DNA of 64,000 bases, taken from contig NC_086097.1 of assembly GCF_963921235.1 (NCBI RefSeq), positions 4,278,001 to 4,342,000 of the forward strand, read 5' to 3'. This stretch comes from Mobula hypostoma (taxonomy: Eukaryota). Below the pieces are notes generated by a model, which worked only from the letters and a program-made list of their open reading frames with translations, was not told where the DNA came from and ran no database searches. The position numbers and the translations under genes are program-made. Below, in pieces: positions 38,099 to 50,441 of the stretch (positions are counted from its first letter, which is position 1; every line of letters begins with the position of its first letter).

Positions 38099-40499
38099 TT
38101 TCTTTTTCTCTTATCTTGATGACCTCAGAATTACCTGCAACATGGTATGCTAGATTGTAGATGAATATTAGCTTTATTGACATACAATCAATCCAGGTAT
38201 ATAAGCTATGTTATGTATTTATACCTATTGTGTTTTTTATTATTATTGTTCTTTATCTTATTGTGTGTTTTTTTGTGCTGCATCAGATCCAGAGTAACAA
38301 TTATTTTGTTCTCCTTTACAGTAGTGTACTGGAAATTACATTAAACTATCTTGAACCTTATTTCAATTTTTAACCTAGTGAAGTATTCACAGATGTGGAA
38401 CCTGCTGGTCATTTATTGTTCTTCTCTAACTGTCTCCTGAACTGAATAGCTTACCAGACCCAACTGGGGTGGGGGTGGGGGTGTTGGAGGGGTGCTGCTG
38501 ACACTCGACCGTGTTCATGAATCTGGAGACAGTCATGGGCCAAGCTAGTAATGTCGAAAGGGCAGTCTTCCTTCACCGATGGAATGGATTGGTTTGTATG
38601 ACCTAGTGCTTCTGCACTGCTGCTGAGTATTAAGGATGAAATCAATCATATTCTTTGGGTCTTCAAAGCTTTTCAGACCTACACTTTCCAGCACCTCCCA
38701 GTCTCCACCCAGCTAACAGGAGTCAGCTTCCTCTCGTTTCCAACTCATCACCGGCAGCCTATTTAAACCCAGCTCTCATCCACAGTCCTTTGTTCATCCA
38801 TCAAACCAGCCAGCTCACTGGTTGATCCTAGCCTTCTAACACAACTATGCACCTATACTTAACTAAATAAAACAAAAGTCATTATATTGAAGCATGAGTT
38901 GCCGACCAAAAATAAATAGTGCAAGGACTTCCTCGTGAAATGTGCATGCTTGTACCACACATTTTAAAATGCTATCCATGATATAGATGATTAAAATGTA
39001 GAAGCCAGCAACATACCTCCTAAAAGATTAACTTTATTTGTCACATGTACAGTACACAGAAACATAGAGTGAAATGCATTTTGTATGCATCAAATTAAAT
39101 CAGTGAGGATTGTGCTGGGCAGACCACAAGTGTTGCTATGTTGGTAACAAAATAACACCCTGACAACTGACTAACCCTAACCATATGTGTGTAAAATATG
39201 GGAGGAAATCGGAGTACCAGGAGGAATCCCACATGGTTATGGGAAGAACATGCACATTACATGTTCACCTTACAGACAGCAGCAGGAATTGATGCCTGAT
39301 CAGTGACCACTGGCACTGTAACGTGATGAGCTAACTGCTACACTGCCATGCTGCTCAAATTAAAGTTAGTGAAGGATAAATATTAGGTAATTCACCATTC
39401 CATAGCTGGAATACACATAAAACTGCCCAACACATCACCAGTGCCAGCCCCAGCTGCCACCAAGAACAGAAAATGCAGAAAGGTGCTGGAAAAGGGCCAG
39501 TAACATCATGACGGATGCCTTCCATTCTGCTTATGGGCTATTTGTCCCACTGTCATCAGGGATGCAGCTACATGAGGACCACCAGACTCAAAAATAGTTA
39601 CTTCCCCAAGCAGTAAGGCTGATCAACACCTCCACCCACTAACCGACTGTCCACAACCCCCAACCACCACTACTTTATCATTTCTTGTCAGTCACCTTAC
39701 GTACAGACACTCCTGTGCCTAGTGTCACTTTATGGACATACAATCAATCTATGTATTTAAGCTGTATTATGTTTTTATATATATTTTTTAAAATTATTAT
39801 TGCATTCTTTATCTTATTTTTTTTTGTATTGCATTGGTTCCTAAGTAACATCAATGTTTTCCTTTACGTTTGAGTACTGGAAATGACATTAAACCCTCTT
39901 TGGGACACCACAGTGGTGTAGTGGTTAGCACGATGCTCTTGCATTTTGGGGCATCAGAGTGTGGAGTTGAATTCCGGAGTTGCCTGTACAGAGTTTATAT
40001 GTCATCCCCATGGAATGTGTGGGTTTTCCCTGAGTCCTCTGCTTTCCTCCCACACTCCGAAGACGTATTGGGTAGGATATTGTAAATTGTCCCGTGATGA
40101 GGTTCGGGTTAAATTAGGGTTGTCAGGGGTTGCTGGGGCAGCAAGAATTGAGGAGCTGGAAGGGCTTACTCCATGCATGTCTCTAAATAAGACAAAAATC
40201 ATGAATCTTGAATCTTATTACATCGGACCCACAAATCATCAAAGCATCGAACTCTGATCTGATGGCAATCTGAGTCAGACAACACACGAATCAAAGCACA
40301 ACCCAGTCACCCCCATATGCAGTAAGTCAAGTTCCAGTTCCGAGCGGTGGGGTGATGACCAGATGATACACCATCGGTGGGTGAGCACCCCACAGCGCTA
40401 CCAATGAGTAGCTCTAATGATCATATTAGTTAATACCAGTGATGACCTACAGTCACTAAGCAGGTGTCTCATTGTTTCTGATCATTTAATTAATTGTCC

Positions 40500-40855
40500 T
40501 GAGAACCCTTTTAATGTATCAGAATATTAGACCATATGAGATAAGTGCATTTGGCCCATTGAGTCAATTCTGCTATTCCATCATGGCTAATTTATTATCC
40601 CTCTCAATTCCATTCTCCTGCCTTCTCCCCATAAACTTTGACGTCCTTACTAATCAAGAACCTATCAACCTCCGCTTTAAATATACCCAATGACTTGGAC
40701 ACCACAACCACCTGTGACAATGAATTCCACAGATTCACCACTCTCTGGCAAAGAAATTCCTCGTTCTCTCTGTTCTAAATGGATGTTTCTCTATTCAGAG
40801 TCCGTGCCCTCTGGTCCTAGACTGTCCCACCATAGGAACCATGCTCCCCACATTC
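40500..40855 (-). mobile_element. CR1 3' fragment followed by a SINE fragment (40880-41025, same family as 60813-60950)
   Basis: CR1 3' UTR motifs; gctagctcaacgtcaacccagcacgga is complementary to 60906-60932. Confidence 0.7.
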
Positions 40856-41220
40856 AAGAAAAGAGCATAAAAATAATGACGGTTTATTTGAATGTTGTTG
40901 GTGTTTCTCTCCGCGCTGTCTGGCGCATTGGGCAGCAACCCTGCCGTTTCTTTACCATTTGTCTATTTTTCACGAGGCAAAGCTGCTAGCTCAACGTCAA
41001 CCCAGCACGGATGGAAAGCGTGTAGCGTTCTTTAGACTGTGTTATTTGATTGTACTCTATCACATTGCCTGTCTTGAGTCCAACACAGTACTGGTCATAC
41101 ACAGCACAAGCCAATAGTCTGAAATTAACTTAAACTTGCTAATTATTAAATAATGATCAAAACAATGAAGATAAAATACAATAGTTAAAAATGTTGGTGT
41201 AAGGAAACCATACCACTCAC

Positions 41221-41410
41221 ATTTCTCTTCTTACTTGCACTGGTGATAGTAGGTATTTTGCGGCTGCATGTCTTACAACATCATTCTGATAGAGACTGCG
41301 TTGTGGAGACAAGCCAAATGAGTCAACAAACCACGTGCCACTTACTGCTCACTAACTATTAACGATGAGCTAACTATTAACTATTAACTATTACCCAATC
41401 CAATGTGTAA
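41221..41410 (-). promoter_or_regulatory. SERPINA10: Candidate SERPINA10 non-coding exon 1 and proximal promoter
   Basis: TE-free island with candidate donors GTGAGT (41220) and GTAAGA (41234), TGAGTCA 41319-41325, TGTTGAC 41322-41328, CACGTG 41332-41337, repeated GTTAATAGTTA 41353-41388, CCAAT 41395-41404. Confidence 0.45.
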
Positions 41411-41640
41411 ACAGAACCTGGCTCTTCAATTTTAACCATAAACAGTGCTTCTGAATTACTTGTGTTTCGATTTTTCCCTGCTGTCCTAAATTAAGATATT
41501 GTAGTTGATGGTGGGGCAAATAGAAATCAGGTCTGGCATAATTCTTGCCCCATTGCAACTCAAATTTATGCAGTCTTAGATTGAAAATTAACAAATGACC
41601 TTGAATTAGCACCTGGTTTGGTAGCAGAGCGGTAACATTG

Positions 41641-42323
41641 CAGGAACACTCAAAGCTGCTGTGCAGGTTGACGCTGTGGTTAAGAAAGCACACTATGCAT
41701 TGGCCTTCATCAATTGTGGGATTGAATTTAAGAGCTGAGAGGTAATGTTGCAGCTGTATAGGACCCTGGTCAGACCCCACTTGGAGTACTGTGCTCAGTT
41801 CTGGTCGCCTCACTACAGGAAGGATGTGGAAACCATAGAAAGGGTGCAGAGGAGATTTTCAAGGATGTTGCCTGGATTGGGGAGCATGCCTTATGAGAAT
41901 AGGTTGAGTGAACTCGGCCTTTTCTCCTTGGAGCGACGGAGGATGAGAGGTGACCTGATAGAGGTGTACAAGATAATGAGAGGCATTGATCGTGTGGATA
42001 GTCAGAGGTTTTTTTCCCAGGGCTGAAATGGCTAGCATGAGAGGGCAGAGTTTTAAGGTGCTTGGAAGTAGGTACAGAGGAGGTGTCAGGGGTAAATGTT
42101 TTAGGCAGAGAGTGGTGAGTGCATGGAATGGGTTGCTGGCGACGGTGGTGGAGGTGGATACGATAGGGTCTTTTAAGACGCTTCTGGATAGGTACATGGA
42201 GCTTAGTAAAATAGAGGGTATGGGTAAGCCTAGGTAATTTCTCAGGTAGGGACATGTTCGGCACAGCTTTGTGGGCCGAAGGGCCTGTATTGTGCTGTAG
42301 GTTTTCTATGTTTCTATGTTTCT
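41641..42323 (+). mobile_element. Young CR1 (TTTCTATG-tail subfamily)
   Basis: MLQLYRTLVRPHLEYCAQFWSPHYRKD; tail tttctatgtttctatg. Confidence 0.9.
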
Positions 42324-42339
42324 GAACAGACTTTTATAC

Positions 42340-43900
42340 AGATGAGGGTTAACTTTAAGGTTGAGTCAGTGGTGAGGAAAGCATATGCAATGTTAGCTTT
42401 CATTGCAAGACGTCTAGATTACAAGGATGTGATGCTGAGGCTTTATAAGTCATTGGTCAGATCGCACTTAGAATATTGTGAGCAGTTTTCGGCCCCTTAT
42501 CTAAGAAAGGATGTGCTGGCATTGGACAGAGTCCAGAAGAGATTCATGAGAATGATTCCAAGAATGAAAGTGATAGGGCATGTGGAGTGTTTGATGGCTC
42601 TGGGTCTGTACTTGTGCGAGTTTAGAAGAATGAGGGGGATCTTATTGAAATCTATCAAATGTTAAAAGGCCTAGATAGAGTGGATGTGGAGAGGATATAG
42701 TGGGGGAGTCTAGGACCAGAGGACATAGCCTCAGAAAAGAGGGATGTCCACTGACACAGTGATGAGAGGAATTTCTTTAGCCAGAGAGAGGTGGATCTGT
42801 GGAATTCATTGCCACAGTTGGCTGTAGAGACCAAGTCACTGGGGATATTTAAAGTGGAAGTTGACAGGTTCTCAGTTAGCCAGGACATTAGACTATAAGA
42901 CTGTAAGACATAGGAGCAGAATTAGGCCATTTGGTCCATCGAGTCTGCTCTGGCATTCAATCATGGCTGATCATTTTCCCCCTCCTCAGCTCCACTCCCC
43001 AGCCTTCTCCCTGTAACCTTTGATCTGTGTCCAGTCAAGAACCTATCAAGCTCTGCCTTAAATACACCCAATGACCCAGCCTCCACAACTGCCTGTGGTA
43101 ATAAATTCCACAAATTCACCACCCTCTGGCTAAAGAAATTTCTCCACATCTCTGTTTTAAATGGACACCCCTCTAACCTGAGGCTGTGCCCTCTTGTCCT
43201 AGAACCCTTCCCCCTTCATGGGAAACATCCTTTTCACATCTACTCTGTCTAGGCCTTTCAACATTTGAAAGGTTTCAATGAGATTCCCCTCTCATCCTTC
43301 TAAATTCCAGTGAGTACAGACCCAGAGCCATCAAACGTTCCTTGTATGATAACCCTTACATTCCCAGAATCATCCTTGTGAACCTCCTCTGAACCCTCTC
43401 CAATTTCAGCACATTTTTCTTTGATGAGGAGCCCAAAACTGTTCACAATACTCAAGGTGAGGCCTCACCAGTGCCTTATAAAGCCTCAGCATCACATCCC
43501 TGCTCTTGTATTCCAGACCTCTTGAAATGAATGCTAACATTGCATTTGCCTTCCTCACCACCAACTCAACCTGCAAGTTAACCCTTAGGGTGTTCTGCAC
43601 AAGGACTCCCAAGTCCCTCTGTGTCTCAGATTCCTGGAATCTCTCCCCATTTGGAAAATTGTCTGCACATTTATTTCTGCTACCAAAGTGCATGACCATG
43701 CATTTTCCAACATTATATTTTATTTGTCACTCTTTTGCCCACTCTCCTAATCTAAGTCCTTCTGCAGCCTATCTCTTTCCTCACCAAACATTGAAGGCTA
43801 TGGGGACAAGGCAGGAGAATGGGGTTGAAAGAGATAATTAATCGACCGTGATGTAATGGTGGAGTACAATTGGCGGGGTAATTCTGCTTCTGTGTCACAC
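42340..43900 (+). mobile_element. CR1 (+) interrupted by an antisense CR1 (42888-43783)
   Basis: Host ends ...agccaggacat and resumes cattgaaggctatgggg; the insert begins with the reverse-complemented 3' tail. Confidence 0.85.
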
Positions 43901-45269
43901 AGAGATTGAATGTACCATTATGCCAATCGGGACTTCACAATCAAGCCACTGCATAAATATTAACTGTAAATCTAGGAGTGTTAACTTTTATAATTTCGTA
44001 TCAAATCATGAAACCACTGGATTGTCGGGAAAACTCATCTGGTTCAGTTGCTTGGAATGATTCGAATCTGATCTTCGACTCAGGAATGCACTTAATTTCT
44101 TCACTGGGCCAAGCAAGCTACTTTGCACAGTTAGCAGTGGCCAGTAACTTTCTGCCTGACCACTACAGCCCATGACCAAGTAATAATGAAAAAAAGGTGT
44201 TTTTGTAAGAGAATTCTATTTTTCATCGCACACTGTTTTTATAATTCATTGCTGAAAGACCTGGCTTTACAGTTAACATTGTATCCTTTATGTCCACTTT
44301 CCAAAACCTATTTTTGTCTATCATCCTTTCAGCTCTCTACAGAAAAGTACCAAAAAATGCCAGTAACGTCGTGAAAGATCCCACCCACCCTGCTCACGGA
44401 CTGCTTGCCCCACTCCCATCAGGGAGGAGACTACGTAGCATCCACACCAGGACCACCAGACTCAAAAACAGTTACTTTCCCCAAGCAGTAAGGCTGATCA
44501 ACACCTCCACCCACTAACTCACCCATCACACCCCACAACAACCACTACTTTATTACTTCCTGTCAGAGTCACCTTATGTACAGACACTCCTGTGCCTAGT
44601 GTCACTGTATGGACATACAATCAATTCAGGTATATAAGTCATTTCATGTATTTATATTTATCGTGTTTTTATTATTGTATTCTTTATCTTTCTTGTGCTT
44701 TTTGTGCTCCAACAGATTCAGAGTAACAATTATTTCACTCTTCTTTACACTTGCGTATTGAAAATGACATTAAACAATCTTGAATTTTGAATCTTAAAAG
44801 ATTTTGAAAGCTCAACCAGATACTCTACAGTGTTCTAAACTTGAAGGAATGTGACTATAGTTTGTGTAAATGATTCTTGTAATTTAGTACCTGGCGTTCA
44901 AGAGCAACTGCTCTGCTCATGACCATAAGAAACTGCAGAGAGTTGTGGACACAGCTTGACTTTTTCTTCATGGACTCTGGCTGTACTTCCCACTGCCTCA
45001 GTAACTGAGCCAGCATCATCCATCCTGGGTATTCTCTTTTCTCCCACTGGGCAGAAAGTGCAGAAGCCTGAAAACACATACTACCAGGCTCAAGGACAAC
45101 TTCTAACCATTCAGATTCTTGAATGGGCCTCTTGTACAAAATGATGAACCCATGGCCTCACAATGTACCTTGTTAAGATCCTGCATGTTATTTAACCATG
45201 CTCATTTGGTCTAGGTTTTACGCAACTGGTCTCATACTACAAAGGCACATAAACCTTCTAATAGCCAAG

Positions 45270-45975
45270 TTTTCCATGTGAAGCCCTTTGACCCAACTGG
45301 TCCATTCTGACCAAGGTTTCCATCTAAGCTAATCCCATTTGTCCCTGTTTGGGTTATATCCCTCTAAAGCAGGGTTCCTGGCTAATGGTAGGGGCCCACG
45401 GCATAAAAAGGTGGGGGGCCCCTGCTCTAAATCTTTCCTATCCATACACCTGTCCAAATTAAATATTATTAATCTACCTACCTCAAGCGCTTCATTTGGC
45501 AACTCATTCCTTATATACTGTGCCCTGTGTGTGAAAATGCTGTCCTTCAGGTTCCTTCAAAGCCTCTCCCCTCTCACCCTAAACCCATGTCCTCTGGTGC
45601 TTGATTCCCCATCTCTGGGAAAAGTGTATACACTCAATCTGTCTATGACCCTCATGATTTTATAAGCCTCCATAAGATCACCACTCATTCTCCTACACTC
45701 CATTGAGTAAAGCCCCAAATTGCCCAATCTCTCTCCATCATTCAGTCCATTGACTTTTGGCAACATCATTGTAAATCACATCTGCACTCTTTCTGATGGC
45801 ATGGTGTCCAAACCTGAACAAAATGTTCCAAATGCAGTCTCACTGATGTCATGTTTTACAGCAGTATGACATCCTAGCTTTTATACTCAATACGCTGACT
45901 GAAGAAGCCTAACATTCCAGAAGCTTTACTCACCACCCTGGTTACCTTTGATGCCATTTTCAGGGAACCATGTAC
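45270..45975 (-). mobile_element. Old CR1 3' fragment
   Basis: LGLYSMECRRMSGDLMEAYKIM. Confidence 0.75.
45370..45424. mobile_element. 55-bp hAT-type MITE remnant
   Basis: CAGGG...CCCTG termini flanked by the 8-bp duplication CTCTAAAG / CTCTAAAT. Confidence 0.65.
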
Positions 45976-46019
45976 GAAGTATTTTTTGATTATCATTGAA
46001 TAAGATTGTTTTAAACTCT

Positions 46020-47385
46020 AATAAGACATTGTTAAGGACTATTTAGGAGTATTGTGTGCAGTTTTGCTCACTTACCTATGGAAAAGATGTAAATAAGGTT
46101 GAAAGAGTACACAGAAATTTACAAGGATGTTGCCAGGTCTGAAGGACCTGAGTTATAAGGAAAGATTGAATAGGTTAGGACTGGATTCCTTAAGACGTAG
46201 AAGATTGAGAGGAGATTTGATAGAGCTATATAAAATTATGAGTGGTATGGATAGTATAAATGCAAATAGGCGTTTTTTCCTGAGGCTGGTAGGACTATGA
46301 CCAGAGGTCAAGGGTAAAAGGTGAAAGGTGAAACGTTTAAGGGAAACCTCTTCACTCAGAGGTTGGTGAGAGTGTGGCATGAGCTGCCAGCACAAGTAGT
46401 GCATGATCAATAGTTCAAAAGTTCAAAAGTTCCATTTAATATCAGAGAATGTACGTATACATTATACAACCTGAAATTCTTACTTTCCACAGATGTCCTC
46501 GAAACAGAAGGAAACTCCCCAAACAATGAATGACAGAACAAACCCAAAGCTGCCTGCCTCCCTCCCACACACAAGCAGCATCAATCTTCCCCCTCCCCTC
46601 CTACAAATTATTCAGCAGGAAGCATCAGCATTCCCACCATCCATCATGCAAGCAACAGCAAAGCCCCAAAGAGAGACCAGGGTCTTTGGTCCCTCAAAAG
46701 CTAACTGTTCACTCCAACATTTCGACATCCCGCAGGCTCTATATCTTGCTAACAAGGGAGAGACAGGTATCAATCCTTCCACAGCGACACGGGAGTTAAC
46801 AATGGTTTCAATGTTACAGTCAGTCTGAAGTGCTGCTTTTTAATTTGAGTTCTCCGACTCGAGAATAGTCAAATGGATTACTGAGTGCAACAGCCTCGAA
46901 CAGCCTCTCACTGTCTTCGATTTTCTGCCTCCCTCTATGCTTAAGTATCTGATGCTACAGTCCTAGAGGTTGTCTGACTTCAGGCCAAACCTTGTTGTAC
47001 GAAAACGTGGCCGATCGGCGAGCTCCAAGAACGGGAACACACCGTCATGCAGAGCTGCAGCTTTTGAGGGCCGCTGAAGATCAAAGATTCTGATAGGACC
47101 CCAGCCGTCCTGAAAAGGGAAATAGAGACATTAGAATAGGAGGAATTTAACAGTTTTGCTGATGAGCTAGGAGAAGTTGCTCTCTGGCGCCATCTTTAGC
47201 TCCGGCCAACCATGCAAGCTCAATTTCAATGCTTACGAGAAGTTTGGATGGGTACATAGATGGTAGGGGTACGGAGGGCTATGGTCCGGGTGCAGGTTGA
47301 TGCGACTAGGCAATTTAAATGGTTTGGCATGGAATAGATGGGCCAAAGGGCCTGTTTCTGTGCTGTGCTTTTCCATGACTCAATA
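46020..47385 (+). mobile_element. CR1 3' fragment split by an antisense non-coding retroelement of about 800 bp (46406-47210)
   Basis: Host ...gtagtgcatg | catgcaagctcaatttc. The insert has a (TTTTGAAC)n tail and AAGATGGCG near its 5' end (47188-47196). Confidence 0.75.
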
Positions 47386-48459
47386 ATATTGCGAGTCATA
47401 ATTCTGTACTGACTTAGTTAATGTAAAACAACGTTTTGGCTGACTGCATAACACATACAAAATGCCTGAGGAAATCAGCATCTATGGAAAGGAATCAACA
47501 GTCAATGTTTTGGACTAGGACCCTTCTTCAGGACATTTTGTGTGTGTTGTTCTGGACTACCGGCATCTGCGGAATCGCTTGTATTGCTGTAAATCTTTTT
47601 GCTTTAGCTAATTGTGTCCCTTGGATAACTTGCTGAGCAAAAGAAGACGAAGGCGTGGATAGTGTGTCAGGGGAAGGAAAAGAAATAAATGCAGAGAAAG
47701 AAAACTTCCTTTACGTTCTCTATAGAAATGGATAGCATGATCGCATCGTGGTTAATGTAATGCCGTTACAGCACCAGCAATCTGCTTCAGCTGTCTGTCA
47801 GAAGCTTGTACGTCCTCCCTGTGTCCTTAAGAAAGATATCGGCCCAAAATGTTGTCTGTTTATTCATTTCCATAGATGCTGCCTGGCCTGCTGAGTTTCT
47901 CCACCATATTGTGTGTGCTGTTCTGGATTTCCAGCATCTCTTGTGTTTTTGTCTGAATGAGTTAAGTTTCTGTCTCCATATTGGTTGAAATACGTATTTC
48001 AATATGTTGATGTTTATTTAAACTGTTGGACTGAATCAAATCGTTAAAGTCATTATTTGGTTTTCGTAAAACAGTGTTATCCAAACAGGTTCAAGTATTG
48101 CACAAATAAACAGGGCAGATAATGTCCCAAGTGACAGTTTTCATTGGTTCATTGTGATACCACCTATGTTCTCTTCTGCAAGGTCATTTGTAAAACATTT
48201 GGGAGGACCTGCAAAGATAGTCTTCTCTCAGAAATGTATTTCTGGAACACTTTGGCTGTAACTTTGATTATATAGTAAATCCTAATATGGAAAATGTACA
48301 AATACAAAAATTTCTGACTGGTAATTGATTGAAATGTCTAAGACCAGAGGGCATGCATGTAAGGTGATAGGGGGTAATTCCAAGGGAGATGTGAGAGGCA
48401 AGTTTTTTTTATGTTAGAGTGATGGGTGCCTGGAAAGTGTGGGTTTGTGATAAAGATAG

Positions 48460-49872
48460 GGGTTTGGGGGGTTGCAGATGTCATTCCCTTATTCAAGAAA
48501 GGGCGTAGAGATAGCCCAGGAAATTATAGACCAGTGAGTCTTACTTCAGTGGTTGGTAAGTTGATGGAAAAGATCCTGAGAAGCAGGATTTATGAACATT
48601 TGGAGAGGCATAATATGAATAGGATTAGTCAGCATGGCTTTGTCAAAAGCAGGTCGTGCTTTACAAGCCTGATAGAAATTTTTGAGAATGTGACTCAACA
48701 CGTTGAAGAAAGTAGAGCAGTAGATGTAGTGTATATGGATTTCAGCAAGGCATTTGATAAGGTACCCCATGCAAGGCTTATTGAGAAATTAAGGAGGCAT
48801 GGGATCTAAGGGGACCTTGATTTGTGGATCCAGAACTATCTTGCCCACAGAAGGCAAAGAGTGGTTGTAGATGGGTCATACTCTTCATGGAGGTTGGTGG
48901 CCAGTGGTGTGCCTCAGAGATCTGTTCTGGGACCCCTTCTCTTCGTGATTTTTATAAATAATCTGGATGAGGAAGTGGAGGGATGGATTAGTAAATTTGC
49001 TGATGACACAAAGGTTGGGGGTGTTGTGGATAGTGTGGAGGGCTATCAGAGGTTACAGTAGAACATCGATAGGAAGCAAAACTGGGCTGAGAAGTAGCAG
49101 ATGCAGTTCAACCCAGATAAGTGTGAGGTAGTTCATTTTGGTAGGTCAAATATGATGGCAGAATATAGTTTTAATAGTAGTGTGGAGGATCAGAGGGATC
49201 TTGGGGTCCATGTCCATAGGACACTCAAAGCTGCTACGCAGGTTGACTCTATAGTTAAGAAGGCATACAGTGCATTGGCCTTCATCAACCGTGGGACTGA
49301 GTTTAAGAGCCGAGAGGTAATGTTGCAGCTATTGGAGTATTGTGCTCAGTTCTGGTCACCTCACTACAGGAAGGATGTGGAAACTATCGAAGGTGCAGAT
49401 GAGATTTACAAGGATGTTGCCTGGATTGGGGAACATGCCTTACGAGAATAGGTTGAGTGAACTTGGCCTTTTCTCCTTGAAGAGACAGAGGATGAGAGGT
49501 GACTTGATAGAGGTGTACAGTATAAGATGAAGAGAGGCATTGATTGTGTGGATAGTCAGATGTTTTCTCCCAGGGCTGAAATGGCTAGCACAAGAGGGCA
49601 CAGTTTTAAGGTGCTTAGGAGTAGGAACAGAGGAGATGTTAGGGTTAAGTTTTTTACTCAGAGAGTGGTGAGTGCGCGGAATGGGCTGCCAGTAACAGTG
49701 GTAGAGGAGAGTATGATAGGGTCGTTTAAGAGACTCCTGGACAGGTAAATGGAGCTTAGAAAAATAGAGGGCTATGGGTAACCCTGTGTAATTTCTAAAG
49801 TAAGGACATGTTTGGCATAGCTTTGTGGGCTGAAGGGCCTGTATTGTGCTGTAGGTTTTCTATGTTTCTATA
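48460..49872 (+). mobile_element. CR1 (TTTCTATG-tail subfamily), 5'-truncated, with stops and frameshifts
   Basis: PLFKKG...NYRPVSLTSVVGK, YMDFSKAFDKV, KFADDTK. Confidence 0.92.
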
Positions 49873-50441
49873 TTTCTATGTTACATTAGAGGCTTTCAAG
49901 AGACGATTAGGTAAGACAATAAAAACATAGGAGCAGAATTAGGTTACTCATCCCATCAAGTCTTCTTCATATGAATTTACTTTGAATTTTGAACCCAGAG
50001 GAAACCCACATGTACACAGGAAGAAGTACAAACGTTCTTACCGAGGATGTTAGATTTGAGATCTGAGCTGTAACAGCATTGTGTTGTTACACTCCGAACT
50101 GTAACAGCATTGTGCTACCTGTTACACTCCAAATTGCACAGCATTGTGCTATCTGTTACACACCGAGCTATACAGCATTGTACTAACTGTTACACTCTGA
50201 ATTGTAACAGCATTGTATTGTTACACTCCGAACTGTAACAGTATTGTGCTACCTGTTCTGCTCCGAGCTGTAATAATGTTCTGCTAACCCTTACACTCTG
50301 AGCTGTAACAATGTTGTTCCAACTGTTCCACTCCAAACAGTAACAGTGTTGTTGTTACTCTCTGAACTGTAACAGCTTTGTGCTATCTGTTACCCTCTGA
50401 ACTGTAACAGGGTTATGCTAACTATTACACTCCAAACGGTA

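Noticed and set aside
38690..38835. TATTTAAA-containing segment as the SERPINA10 promoter
   Set aside because: Its CT-rich context looks like an LTR remnant and no adjacent exon donor supports it.
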